Numbered from the stretch's first letter, positions 1-9,342 are shown. The stretch: DNA of 49,327 bases from a virus (IMGVR_UViG_3300020171_000041:1-49327), one strand, 5' to 3'. Notes: generated by a model not told the origin, from the sequence alone. Numbers and translations are program-made.

Positions 1-8
1 ACCCGTCC

Positions 9-32
9 TTTTTTTTTTTTTTTTTTTTTTTT
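9..32 (+). repeat. Poly-T tract (24 T) at left contig end
   Basis: Seen directly; homopolymer length may be unreliable. Confidence 0.8.
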
Positions 33-128
33 ATCTATATATATTTATACTGTAACTTTTATTCATGGACATTATTTATAAATATATATTGCTAAGAATA
101 AAAGAATGGCCAGGGAGTAAAATATCCT

Positions 129-239
129 TGTTCACGTGGTGAACGACAAAGTAAATCGTTGTTCAGCGATATCAAAAGACGTGAACAACCGTATTTCGGT
201 CGCCGGGAACAAAAATACACATTACGTATTACGTGTAAC
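129..239. repeat. Left arm of degenerate subterminal inverted repeat (partner 49057-49166)
   Basis: Aligns to the reverse complement of 49057-49166: shared TGTTCA..TGAAC, ATCGTTGTTCAGC, ACGTGAACA, TTTCGG.CGCCG, AAAATACACATTACGT.TTACG.GTAAC. Confidence 0.85.
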
Positions 240-315
240 TATTTTTCCAGCCAATTATAAAATATTCCATATTGGAGTGAAAGAAAAAGATTAGAAAAAC
301 TTTTTGCGTCTGCAC

Positions 316-344
316 GTGACTTTGTAAGCAAAACGTGATATACT
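316..344 (+). promoter_or_regulatory. Putative sigma70 promoter for first early gene
   Basis: GTGACT-17bp-TATACT with TG extended -10; AAGGAG RBS before ATG 379. Confidence 0.5.
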
Positions 345-378
345 TCCCATATGATCAATATTATAAAAGGAGAATGTT

Positions 379-912
379 ATGGGAAAATATTGGGATGTTC
401 AAGATTATGTGGAGAAGAATCTAATTGATTATTTTTGGCAGCATGTAGATGATACAACTGGGATTAATGGTTGTTGGGTTTATGTTTCCAAAGCAAAGAG
501 GAATTATGACACAATATCAGTATATAACGGTTATAAGGTTACAGACTTAGCATTGAAATTAATCATTGGATTGAAACATGAGCATGATGATAAATATCAC
601 GTTGTTAATACCTGTGGAACAATTAATTGCTGCAATCCGTTTCATCTTAAAGAAAGCCTGAAGATAATAAATAAACTTACTGGCTCAACATTTAATTCTA
701 TTGATGTAGAAACAATTTTATGGATTTTAACGTATAAAGCTGATTTTATCACAGTTAAAGAATTAGCGGAATTTTATGGCTGTACTAAATCAGCTATTTA
801 TAGAATTAAGAACAGAACTGCCTGGAAGTATATAAACATTCCAGAGAAAGAAAATATCCCACCAGGAATAAAATCATTTTTGGAACCAAAAAATGGAAGA
901 TATATACCATAA
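379..912 (+). CDS. Degenerate HNH-like protein with C-terminal HTH
   Basis: FW..VD...CW and TCGTINCCNPFHL resemble HNH_3; C-terminal ELAEFYGCTKSAIYRIKNRTAW; same layout as 15315-15779. Confidence 0.65.
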   Translation: MGKYWDVQDYVEKNLIDYFWQHVDDTTGINGCWVYVSKAKRNYDTISVYNGYKVTDLALKLIIGLKHEHDDKYHVVNTCGTINCCNPFHLKESLKIINKLTGSTFNSIDVETILWILTYKADFITVKELAEFYGCTKSAIYRIKNRTAWKYINIPEKENIPPGIKSFLEPKNGRYIP

Positions 913-943
913 TTTGTAACATAAACCATTAAGGGAGAAAAAA

Positions 944-1501
944 TTGAAAAGAACAAAAGCAGTTATCACATTGTTAAACATTGGAGAAGAAATTCCAGAT
1001 GATGTATTAGACGATTTTTTAACTACAAATGAGCAATATATTCTTGATGTTTTACAAACAAATATTACTAAAGCTGAAAAAATTTTTAATATAAAGATTC
1101 CATTAATACCATTTAAAATGGATTTGAAAGGAAAATGTGCCGGAGAATTTTGGTTTAATAATACTGATTATTGGTTTAGATTTAATGAAGTTTGTTTTAT
1201 GCTCAATCAATCAAAATTTGATAAAACAATCATCCATGAGTTGTGCCATTATATTGCACATTTAAAATATGGTAAAGGACATCATCACGATAATACTTGG
1301 AAATATGTTATGCACAAAATGAAGCAAAAACCAGAAATATACCATAATTTAAAGACAGTTCCTGCAAGAAATGTTGTTTATTATATTTATAAATGTTCTT
1401 GTAAAGAGCATAATGTTTCAGCAGTAATTCATAAAAAAATGCAAAAAGGACAAAAAAGAAGTTGTATTCGATGTAAAGGAAGTTTATATTTAATTGATTA
1501 A
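944..1501 (+). CDS. SprT-like zinc metalloprotease
   Basis: AG motif, HELCH, later HDNTWK, C-terminal YKCSC..H..CIRC zinc ribbon. Confidence 0.85.
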   Translation: MKRTKAVITLLNIGEEIPDDVLDDFLTTNEQYILDVLQTNITKAEKIFNIKIPLIPFKMDLKGKCAGEFWFNNTDYWFRFNEVCFMLNQSKFDKTIIHELCHYIAHLKYGKGHHHDNTWKYVMHKMKQKPEIYHNLKTVPARNVVYYIYKCSCKEHNVSAVIHKKMQKGQKRSCIRCKGSLYLID

Positions 1502-1518
1502 ATTAAAGGAGAAAAAAC

Positions 1519-1668
1519 ATGACATTCATTGAAGCAATGCGTACTGTGGCAGAGATGGCAAGAATCATCCGGGCGATAAAGATTAATATTAAGCCATATT
1601 ATGTCTTTATAACTGATGGAGGAATATTTTATGTTATAAAGCGAACGGGGAGGATTATAGTCAAATGA
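1519..1668 (+). CDS. Small hypothetical protein (49 aa, not in ORF track)
   Basis: AAGGAG RBS then ATG; MTFIEAMRTVAEMARII. Confidence 0.6.
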   Translation: MTFIEAMRTVAEMARIIRAIKINIKPYYVFITDGGIFYVIKRTGRIIVK

Positions 1669-1859
1669 GGCCTTGTTCTTTATTCCAGAGGCCAAAGGCC
1701 CCATGGCGTATAAGCGAACAAACGATTTATGCTCAACAAATAGTTTGAAACAAGTAAAAAATGTGCTTTCAAAAGCAACAAAAACGTGTTACTGTAACAT
1801 AGTACCCAAAATATTTTGCACCATATTTCAACAACACAACCTAAATGGGAGGAACGAAA

Positions 1860-2045
1860 ATGGAAAGTATCAAACAGATTCTTATGAAAAGAGATGGCAT
1901 GAGCAAACAAGAGGCAGAGGAACTTATTGATGAAGCAAAAGATCAGTTACAGGAATATTTATTTAATGAGGAAATGTCTTTAGCAGAAGATATTTGTGCG
2001 GAATTCTTTGGTCTGGAACCAGATTATATTGATGAGTTATTATAA
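1860..2045 (+). CDS. Small acidic phage protein
   Basis: GGAGG RBS before ATG 1860; ILMKRDGMSKQEA...FGLEPDY. Confidence 0.75.
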   Translation: MESIKQILMKRDGMSKQEAEELIDEAKDQLQEYLFNEEMSLAEDICAEFFGLEPDYIDELL

Positions 2046-2054
2046 GGAGAAGTA

Positions 2055-2183
2055 ATGATGTTTAAAATCTACCGGCATGATATGAATTATAATACTGAAT
2101 TATTATTCATAACTGATGATGAAAATATCGCATTCCGAATCTGCTTCAAATCATCCCAAGGATTATTTTATTCAATTAATTAA
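2055..2183 (+). CDS. Small hypothetical protein (42 aa, not in ORF track)
   Basis: AAGGAG RBS; fills the gap between neighbours. Confidence 0.55.
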   Translation: MMFKIYRHDMNYNTELLFITDDENIAFRICFKSSQGLFYSIN

Positions 2184-2193
2184 AGGAGGTATT

Positions 2194-2406
2194 ATGCCAC
2201 AAAAACCTGGACACTTAGCAAATGGTTGTTTGATTCCTCCAGATTCTTTTGACATCGAATATCAAAACAACTATTATAAAAAGATCAATAATGTATGGTT
2301 TATTTTTGGTAATCAGGCGTTATATCCATTGAAAGATGATAGTATGACAAATGAAAACAGTATCATCATTCAACTTGATTATTTATTACTTATAAAGGAG
2401 AAATAA
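2194..2406 (+). CDS. Hypothetical protein
   Basis: AGGAGG RBS before ATG 2194 (MPQKPG). Confidence 0.6.
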   Translation: MPQKPGHLANGCLIPPDSFDIEYQNNYYKKINNVWFIFGNQALYPLKDDSMTNENSIIIQLDYLLLIKEK

Positions 2407-2409
2407 AAC

Positions 2410-2595
2410 ATGAAGGCAAAAACTGCAAGAAGATGGCTAACCAGGAATCAAATGACAAATGCGAAAAAGCGCATAAATGGAATCAAGGTTCATGGGTTTG
2501 AAAAAACCTGTATTAAGGTCTTGAGAATTGATGCAAAAATTAATAAAGATTCCAGAAGGTTATTCAATCAATTAATTGTTGGAAAATATCAATAA
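2410..2595 (+). CDS. Small basic hypothetical protein
   Basis: AAGGAG RBS; operon packing. Confidence 0.6.
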   Translation: MKAKTARRWLTRNQMTNAKKRINGIKVHGFEKTCIKVLRIDAKINKDSRRLFNQLIVGKYQ

Positions 2596-2713
2596 AAGGA
2601 AATAACCATTGAAAGTGATAAAGAGATGATTATACCACCAACCATCTCTTTATCATCATTGAGTGGTTATTTTTATTAAATTAGAATAATAATAATAAAA
2701 GGAGGATGAAAAA

Positions 2714-3247
2714 ATGCCTAAAAAGAAAAAAGCAGAAAAATCAATAATCACATCAGTTCGTCTCACAGAGACTGAACTATTAAAAGGAATCCAGGTATTC
2801 CTCCTGAATGACCAAAAACCCATCCATATTTCCGATATTGTAAAGGAAATATACAACGCTGGGCTAAAAGCCACATATGGCAATGATGCCGAAGCAATAA
2901 TCCCGACAAAGCTTGCCATAGGAATCCTTGATACCTTAACCCGGCAGAGAATCCAGAAACCCTCATTCAACCTCAAGGTGAAAGACACAAAGTTGTTGCG
3001 TCTCACTCCTCAAGCAGAACAAGACCTGGATGTTCGTAATGCAGAGTTGCTTTCCTACCTATCCCTTGAGGATAAATCCGCTGGTTTTATGATCCTAAAG
3101 AATCTTGAGATCACAAAGGATATTACTGGAAACTTAAAATCTGAAAACAAGAATATTAAACGAATAACATCCGAATTGTTCTTCCCAATCTGTCATTCTA
3201 TGCCAGAGAAGGATTTAATCATCGAAGTTTATAACTCAACGAGATAA
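2714..3247 (+). CDS. Hypothetical protein, possibly DNA-binding
   Basis: AGGAGG RBS; N-terminal ITSVRLT strand followed by helices, RHH-like. Confidence 0.6.
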   Translation: MPKKKKAEKSIITSVRLTETELLKGIQVFLLNDQKPIHISDIVKEIYNAGLKATYGNDAEAIIPTKLAIGILDTLTRQRIQKPSFNLKVKDTKLLRLTPQAEQDLDVRNAELLSYLSLEDKSAGFMILKNLEITKDITGNLKSENKNIKRITSELFFPICHSMPEKDLIIEVYNSTR

Positions 3248-3259
3248 AGGACCAAAACC

Positions 3260-3490
3260 ATGAAAGATGAAATTAAGCAAATAAATGATTTGGAAAAGAT
3301 GATCTTAATCTTCATAATCATTGGTCTAATGCTCGCATCCTTCACTTTCGGCGTATATCACGAAAGGACTAATGGACGTTCACGACATGAACACCAATTA
3401 TATATGGAAAAAATCAACAAATGGGTTCCGTATGAATGGCAAAAAACCAAAGAACGGAACAAAACCTTGATTCAGAAATATAAAGGATAA
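3260..3490 (+). CDS. Small membrane protein
   Basis: Hydrophobic ILIFIIIGLMLASFTFGV. Confidence 0.65.
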   Translation: MKDEIKQINDLEKMILIFIIIGLMLASFTFGVYHERTNGRSRHEHQLYMEKINKWVPYEWQKTKERNKTLIQKYKG

Positions 3491-3494
3491 TTTC

Positions 3495-3836
3495 ATGGAA
3501 CAGATTTATAACTACAAAACAGAAGAAATCGCCTCCCGGAGAAGGATCGCTCAAAATGAGTTTAAAAAATCCATTCGCTTTCTCAAAGCAATGCAAATCA
3601 TCTACGACAAGGCCATTGCTCGTTATGACTCAACCAAAAAAACCTACATGAAACTTGATCTCCAATACGCTAATCTCACAAAAGTAACCATCTGCCCATC
3701 TCGGGCCAAAGATCCAATAACTACAGAAAAGATAGTTCGGAAAACCAGCACTAAAAAGATTATAGAAAACCTGGATTCATTGTCCATAGATCAGTTAAAT
3801 TCATTAATGGAAAAACTACAAAATAAGGAGATTTAA
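3495..3836 (+). CDS. Hypothetical basic protein
   Basis: ORF with RBS; C-terminal LDSLSIDQLNSL helix. Confidence 0.65.
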   Translation: MEQIYNYKTEEIASRRRIAQNEFKKSIRFLKAMQIIYDKAIARYDSTKKTYMKLDLQYANLTKVTICPSRAKDPITTEKIVRKTSTKKIIENLDSLSIDQLNSLMEKLQNKEI

Positions 3837-3946
3837 AAAAAATGAAAAAGGACATTCTGAAATAGCTATAGATTTTTGTCCTTTTTGTGGGGAAAAAGTT
3901 ATTGGTGAAACAGAATAAATAATAACAAAACAAGGAGTCTCATCCC

Positions 3947-4246
3947 ATGCAAAGAAAACAACTATCCCCAGAACAATTCTACATCCTTTACGATCACGTC
4001 TCTAAAAACAAAGAAAAACTCCAGAATCTCACCAAAGTAGATGCTGCAAAAGAGATCCGCAGAGAACTCCATTTCCCTGTTGGAGTTAATTCCTGTAAGA
4101 GAGCAATGGCATATTTCAATCTCAAAAAAGATCCTTGTGCACAATCCAATACCTGCAAAATTTCAATCCTTACCAAGCACCTTGCAATACTTTACAAAGA
4201 ATCCCTTCTTCCAATCCCGGAAGAATTACGAAAATTATTAGAATAA
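3947..4246 (+). CDS. Hypothetical protein, possible HTH
   Basis: AAGGAG RBS; TKVDAAKEIRREL. Confidence 0.6.
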   Translation: MQRKQLSPEQFYILYDHVSKNKEKLQNLTKVDAAKEIRRELHFPVGVNSCKRAMAYFNLKKDPCAQSNTCKISILTKHLAILYKESLLPIPEELRKLLE

Positions 4247-4259
4247 AGGAGAATGAAAA

Positions 4260-4496
4260 ATGCCTCAAGAATTAAAAGCAATGATTACTTATACAGGATT
4301 TTTTGATATGCAAGTATGTGTTCCAAAATCCTGGTCAGACGAAGAAGTAACAAAATACGCAAATACAACAAGTCCATCCGGAACTCGAAACGGCTGGACA
4401 ATTAGAAAACAAGGAAGTGAATATCTAAGTGGCTGTGACGAAAGAGTTCAGTGTGCAGAAAATGAAAATAATTGTCACATAATGCTTGACGCATAA
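4260..4496 (+). CDS. Hypothetical phage protein
   Basis: RBS; MQVCVPKSWSDEEV..SGT.NGW..RVQC pattern. Confidence 0.7.
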   Translation: MPQELKAMITYTGFFDMQVCVPKSWSDEEVTKYANTTSPSGTRNGWTIRKQGSEYLSGCDERVQCAENENNCHIMLDA

Positions 4497-4513
4497 AAGG
4501 AGAAGATAAAAAA

Positions 4514-4948
4514 ATGCTAACATCACAAATCAAAGTAATCCGTCTTGAAACAAATGACATCTGCACCATGGGAGCCATTCTCATCAATGGTCGATTAATC
4601 GCCATGTCACTCGAACCGCCAAAATTTGGCAATACGCAAGATTTATCCTGTATTCCTTGTGATACATATAAATATCTAAAGAGATATTCTGCTAAGCACA
4701 AATATGAAATCATTGAACTTCAAAATGTATTCAACCGATCTGCAGTGCAAATCCATATTGGAAACAAACCGAATCAGACTTCCGGATGTATCCTTCCTGG
4801 CTTAGCAATCCAAACTCACCTTCCAACATTCGTAGACCCCAACAAGTTTACCTATGTCCCAGAAATTCATTCATCCAAGAAGGCTCATGACCTAATTCTT
4901 TCTCTCACAACTCCTGAAGGAATTCTAACAATAATTGAGGCTTTTTAA
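4514..4948 (+). CDS. DUF5675-like protein, candidate endolysin
   Basis: TMG..SLE..SCIP..Y..RS..IHIGN...TSGCILPG signature. Confidence 0.75.
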   Translation: MLTSQIKVIRLETNDICTMGAILINGRLIAMSLEPPKFGNTQDLSCIPCDTYKYLKRYSAKHKYEIIELQNVFNRSAVQIHIGNKPNQTSGCILPGLAIQTHLPTFVDPNKFTYVPEIHSSKKAHDLILSLTTPEGILTIIEAF

Positions 4949-4994
4949 TGAACCTTAAAAGCTCTAAAAAGTTTGAAAACACACGAAACTGAGC

Positions 4995-5023
4995 TTGACT
5001 TTCAAAACCCTTTGTGCTATTAT
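4995..5023 (+). promoter_or_regulatory. Strong sigma70 promoter
   Basis: TTGACT-17bp-TATTAT with TG extended -10. Confidence 0.7.
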
Positions 5024-5122
5024 GCAATCATAATTAAGAGTAACAGAAAACACCTTCTGTTGCTTTCAATACGAACGGAGTCATCTTGACTCAAAAAAAC
5101 CTTTAATTTAGGAGAATAGCAA

Positions 5123-5539
5123 ATGTCACAAATCACAACCGTAGGAAAGTTCGCCGCAGATCTGAAAAAAGAAGATCGTACAATCACCACCACTTGCCCC
5201 AGAGTTCTTGAAGTCGAAACCCTGGAAGAACTCGCAGGACTCATCGGATCAGATGTTTGTATGAACAAGATTAAGGCTCAGCTTACTGTTGACTATCGTG
5301 CCAAGATCCGTGGGATGCTCACTAAACTGGACGACAACGGGGATATTGAAAATACCGATGAGACAATCATGGCTGAAGCAGAAAAACTGGTCGACTGGGT
5401 CCCCGTGATCCGTGTGAGAAAATCTGAAGAAGAAAAAGCCATGGAATCCATCTCTGGTCTTTCCTCTGAAGCTGACCTTGACGCTATTATGGCGGCAATC
5501 AAGGCGAAAAAGAAAGAACTTGCCAACGCCCAGGGATAA
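5123..5539 (+). CDS. Hypothetical protein with its own promoter
   Basis: AGGAG RBS; charged helical C-terminus. Confidence 0.8.
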   Translation: MSQITTVGKFAADLKKEDRTITTTCPRVLEVETLEELAGLIGSDVCMNKIKAQLTVDYRAKIRGMLTKLDDNGDIENTDETIMAEAEKLVDWVPVIRVRKSEEEKAMESISGLSSEADLDAIMAAIKAKKKELANAQG

Positions 5540-5651
5540 TTCATCATCATTACTTATTTAGCTAAGTAACTAAGACTATCTGGGCCGGGAATATAAAATA
5601 AATCATTGATATTAGACTGTCTTCTGAATTATAACCCTCCTGGCCCAGATT

Positions 5652-5779
5652 TTATTAAAGCCTTTATTATAAAGTATTTTTATTGCTTTCACAACAAAGC
5701 TTTTTAATCAGAAAGAGTTTGCGCAACTCACCAAAGATTCCAGATTATTATAAAAGAAATATAATAAAGGCTTTAATAA
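5652..5779. repeat. Perfect 20-bp inverted repeat with 88-nt spacer
   Basis: TTATTAAAGCCTTTATTATA (5652-5671) / TATAATAAAGGCTTTAATAA (5760-5779). Confidence 0.9.
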
Positions 5780-5821
5780 GATAAAGTAGTCCACACCACC
5801 ACCAAAACAGGAGAATTAAAA

Positions 5822-6094
5822 ATGGCCAAAAAGACAAAAGAAGAACTATCTGCCCTTATTGAAGAACTTAAAACTAAGTTAAAAGAAGCATCTGAGCGAC
5901 CTGTTGACTATCGAAAGATTGAAATGCAGGAGAAGTTATACGAAGCTGGAATCGAGCCTCGTCCTACCATCATGCAAAAGATTATTGACAGAGAAAAAGA
6001 ACTTTTCAATCATATTGATTTTTGTGTAAAAGAATGTGAGAAGGAAACTGGCAGAAGGCTGTATGTAAGAATTGAAACAGAAGTTCCATACTAA
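5822..6094 (+). CDS. Hypothetical coiled-coil protein
   Basis: GGAG RBS; ends ETEVPY. Confidence 0.7.
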   Translation: MAKKTKEELSALIEELKTKLKEASERPVDYRKIEMQEKLYEAGIEPRPTIMQKIIDREKELFNHIDFCVKECEKETGRRLYVRIETEVPY

Positions 6095-6096
6095 AA

Positions 6097-7068
6097 ATGA
6101 ATTTCAACGAAAAAATAGACTATTCCTCATTAACTGAATATATCGACTGTCCACGGTCATTTATGTTCAAATACGTCATGCACATGAAATCCATCCACCC
6201 GAAGCTGGACCTCATATTCGGTTCATGTTGGCATTATGGCCTGGAAGTAGTTTATATTCAACTAATGAATGATCCAAACAGCCTGAATGTTTATGATGCA
6301 ACTGAAATGGCTCGCTTATCATTCAACCTTCTTTGGTCCATTGAAGGCGAGCCACATTTTACGGAAGAATCATCTTTTCCAAAATCCCCAGGTAATGCTG
6401 CAAATATGTATTTTGATTACTTTTCTCGTTATTTGCAAAAAGATCTCAAGAATACGATACTTGGAGTAGAAACCGGATTTGCCATTGACCTTTCCCTCCT
6501 ATACCCTGGCCTACCCCTATATATTGGCAGGATGGATCTGGTAATGAAGAACGAGAAAGGCCGAATCATTATAGATGACCATAAATCATCAAAATACATT
6601 ACCAAAGCAACATCTTTTGGTTATGACATGTCTTATCAAACTCTTGGATATCTTACCGCTGGGCAGCTTTATTACGATCAACTTGCTCTGATGCGTTATC
6701 GTATTGCAATCTGCCAAGTATCTAAGATCGACTTCCATGAGTTTGAATACACAAAGACACAAAATAACATAGATAACTTTCTCCATGATCTCGTCTACCA
6801 TATGCAGAATATCTTACTTGACATAAATCAATTTCATCGGGATAAAGAAATCTTCACCAAACCTGCTGATATGCTCAACTGTTTTCATCGTCACCAAGGT
6901 TATGCTTGTACAAAGTATTTCCAACAATGTAGTTATTTTGACCTTTGTAAGATCCGTAATAATCCTTTAGGATGGCTTGATAAACCTCCCCAAGGATTCA
7001 TCATCAAAGAATGGGACCCGAATCAGCATGAGGAAGAAATGAAAAGAAAGTTACAGGAGGTAATGTAA
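6097..7068 (+). CDS. PD-(D/E)XK (RecB/Cas4-like) exonuclease
   Basis: YSSL..Y..CPR, FGSCWH, GVE, GRMD..IDDHKS, Q..GY, C-terminal C..C..C. Confidence 0.85.
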   Translation: MNFNEKIDYSSLTEYIDCPRSFMFKYVMHMKSIHPKLDLIFGSCWHYGLEVVYIQLMNDPNSLNVYDATEMARLSFNLLWSIEGEPHFTEESSFPKSPGNAANMYFDYFSRYLQKDLKNTILGVETGFAIDLSLLYPGLPLYIGRMDLVMKNEKGRIIIDDHKSSKYITKATSFGYDMSYQTLGYLTAGQLYYDQLALMRYRIAICQVSKIDFHEFEYTKTQNNIDNFLHDLVYHMQNILLDINQFHRDKEIFTKPADMLNCFHRHQGYACTKYFQQCSYFDLCKIRNNPLGWLDKPPQGFIIKEWDPNQHEEEMKRKLQEVM

Positions 7069-7338
7069 ATGTTCTTTTTTAAAAAGAAAAAATCTTTTAA
7101 AAATTATAATGAAGAAGCAATAAAAAATTTACAAATAGATATGGAATTTCTACTTTGTGAAAGGAAAGGTCATAAGTATGAGTATTTAATTCAATATCAT
7201 AATTCTCGTGTATATGTCAAGAAATGTTATCTTTGCGGGTATAACGAGAGAATGCAAAAAAAAGATTTTATAAAAGAAAAAAGAATAAAAGCAAGGCAAG
7301 ATTTTATAGATGCTTTAAAAGACATTAGTTATATATAA
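7069..7338 (+). CDS. Hypothetical Cys/His-containing protein
   Basis: GGAGG RBS; C..GH..CYLC. Confidence 0.55.
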   Translation: MFFFKKKKSFKNYNEEAIKNLQIDMEFLLCERKGHKYEYLIQYHNSRVYVKKCYLCGYNERMQKKDFIKEKRIKARQDFIDALKDISYI

Positions 7339-7354
7339 AAAAGGAAATAAAACA

Positions 7355-7555
7355 ATGTATAAAGTAATCGCCAATGGCCAAACACCAATAAACAAACTCC
7401 CGCCTGGGGAATACAACATGATTCTCCGGGCAAAACTAATCATAACCCCTGACAAGAAGTTCATGCAATTAACATATTCTCCTTTGAGCAAGAAGGTAAC
7501 TGGAGAATTAAAACAATTGATTCTTATTGAGGATAATTCCAAAGAGGACTATTAA
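7355..7555 (+). CDS. Hypothetical protein
   Basis: RBS and operon packing. Confidence 0.55.
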   Translation: MYKVIANGQTPINKLPPGEYNMILRAKLIITPDKKFMQLTYSPLSKKVTGELKQLILIEDNSKEDY

Positions 7556-7686
7556 TAATGGTTGATTGGGATTGTGTTCAAGGAGGACCAGATGAATCAA
7601 GCTGTTGTGATGATATTGAATGTTATCCTAATTTAGTAATGGGAAATAATATAAGTATAAAAGATAAATTTGAAAGGAGAACATTA

Positions 7687-8493
7687 ATGCCACTCCCAGA
7701 AGTTAAAAAATACATCCCGAACAAAACACCTGTAACCAACACCCACAATATCTTTGATCTAAAGATCCTTCTTGAGGGTGATTCAGGTTCAGGTAAGACC
7801 CATCTCTGTGCAACTTACCACCTCGGCCCGATTCATTTTTACATGTTTGACAAAGGTGGGATTGTCACAGTCAAGAAGCTTATGAAAAATCGTCCGACTT
7901 GTTCTCCAATAACGTATGACGACTTTTCTGACAAAGACATGCCTTTTTCCAAATGCTGGGATCAGATTGTTCTCGATGAAAAAGAAGGTTTATTTCAGTA
8001 TCTTGCAGAGAATAATGGCATTGTAGTCTGTGACTCCATCACCTCTGCAAATGTAAAAGCAATTAAGGAAATTGCCAGATTAGACAATCGAACTCCTCCG
8101 GCTCCAGGTAAAGTTGTAATGGCAAAGAAGAAATTCGAGTTTGTGCACTGGGATCAACTTGCGTCATGGATCGGAGGCTTAATCGAAGGTATGCAATCAA
8201 CACCCTGCGCTTCAATTTGTACTGTTCATCTTACCGAACATACAAATGATGATGGGGCAGTAATTGCCAGAAAACCTTCGGTGAATGGAAAACTACAGAA
8301 TCTGATCTCCATAAACTATGATGAAGTATACAATGTTGTAGAAACAAACGGGAAATATGTAACTCATTTTAAAGACTTCAAGATGGTCAAGGCTGGAACA
8401 CGAGCCTTTTCTTGCAAAAAGATTGAAGATTTAAACCTCACCATGCTTGCCAAGGCATATCTTAATGGTGATTTACTTGAGAAGATGATTTAA
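7687..8493 (+). CDS. AAA_24/Sak4-like ATPase
   Basis: Walker A GDSGSGKT, Walker B VVCDS; AAGGAG RBS before ATG 7687; sits between exonuclease and SSB-like genes. Confidence 0.8.
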   Translation: MPLPEVKKYIPNKTPVTNTHNIFDLKILLEGDSGSGKTHLCATYHLGPIHFYMFDKGGIVTVKKLMKNRPTCSPITYDDFSDKDMPFSKCWDQIVLDEKEGLFQYLAENNGIVVCDSITSANVKAIKEIARLDNRTPPAPGKVVMAKKKFEFVHWDQLASWIGGLIEGMQSTPCASICTVHLTEHTNDDGAVIARKPSVNGKLQNLISINYDEVYNVVETNGKYVTHFKDFKMVKAGTRAFSCKKIEDLNLTMLAKAYLNGDLLEKMI

Positions 8494-8562
8494 ATTTGTT
8501 GGCCAAGGGCAGGAATGTTTCCTGCTCATTTTATATTAATACCTAAATTTAGGAGAAAGAAA

Positions 8563-8988
8563 ATGGCGTTTATTAAAAACCTATCGTCCCTTCCAGAACT
8601 AACCCTCATGCCCGAAGCAGAGTACAATTTTCGTATTGTACGAGCATTACGCTCTAAGCCTGCGAAAACAGGTCGTAATGGTCTCATGTTGGTTCACAAG
8701 TTCATTGATGAAGACAACGCAATTGATCTGATCGAAACCCTCTGGTTTGGCAATGATGATCCGAATGATCCGAATGCGCCTGAAGGATTCATCCCTTACA
8801 CTGGTGATGATGATGCAAAGTCAGACCTGATGTGGCGCATGGTCCAGGATAGGCTCAAGGCCTGGGACATGAATACCGATGGGGATTTGGAACCAGAGGA
8901 TTTTATCGGAATTGAATTCTCTGCCCACGTTGTAATTGAGGATGATGGCCAGTATCCGGCAAAGAATGTGATTAAAAAGATCACCTAA
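8563..8988 (+). CDS. Putative ssDNA-binding protein (DUF669-like)
   Basis: LMPEAEYNFRIV..K.G..L..KNVIK pattern; follows Sak4-like gene; AGGAG RBS. Confidence 0.65.
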   Translation: MAFIKNLSSLPELTLMPEAEYNFRIVRALRSKPAKTGRNGLMLVHKFIDEDNAIDLIETLWFGNDDPNDPNAPEGFIPYTGDDDAKSDLMWRMVQDRLKAWDMNTDGDLEPEDFIGIEFSAHVVIEDDGQYPAKNVIKKIT

Positions 8989-9050
8989 TTGGGAGAAACA
9001 GTATAATGGATGTTCACTTTCTGAACACCGATTAGTGAAAGATTAACCTC

Positions 9051-9084
9051 GATAAGGATAAGTACTCACCTGCTTATCCTTATC
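9051..9084. terminator. Stem-loop, probable terminator
   Basis: GATAAGGATAAG / CTTATCCTTATC. Confidence 0.6.
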
Positions 9085-9105
9085 AATAAAAAAGGGCCAA
9101 AAATT

Positions 9106-9342
9106 ATGAAAGTAAAAGTTGTCACTGAAAAGTGGGCATATAAAGAAGTTGAAGGGGTTAAGAAAATCGTTGGAAGTTATAAAGTCTTATGCGGAGGAAC
9201 TCAAATCGCAAGACAAGATTTCAACGATGGATATAATTCTACAACAATTATCTTCCCTACAGAACTCCTTCTTGAGATCGAAGAACTGGGAAAGAAGATT
9301 GAGAAGGCAATAACAGAAAACTTCACAGGAGGAGAAGAATAA
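9106..9342 (+). CDS. Hypothetical protein
   Basis: ORF coupled to the next gene by TAATG. Confidence 0.65.
   Translation: MKVKVVTEKWAYKEVEGVKKIVGSYKVLCGGTQIARQDFNDGYNSTTIIFPTELLLEIEELGKKIEKAITENFTGGEE

Noticed and set aside
3841-3918. Short frame containing CPFCG
   Set aside because: No in-frame start; at most a gene remnant
6097-7068. Cas4-like nuclease as part of a CRISPR system
   Set aside because: No array or other cas genes; context is the standard exonuclease-Sak4-SSB module
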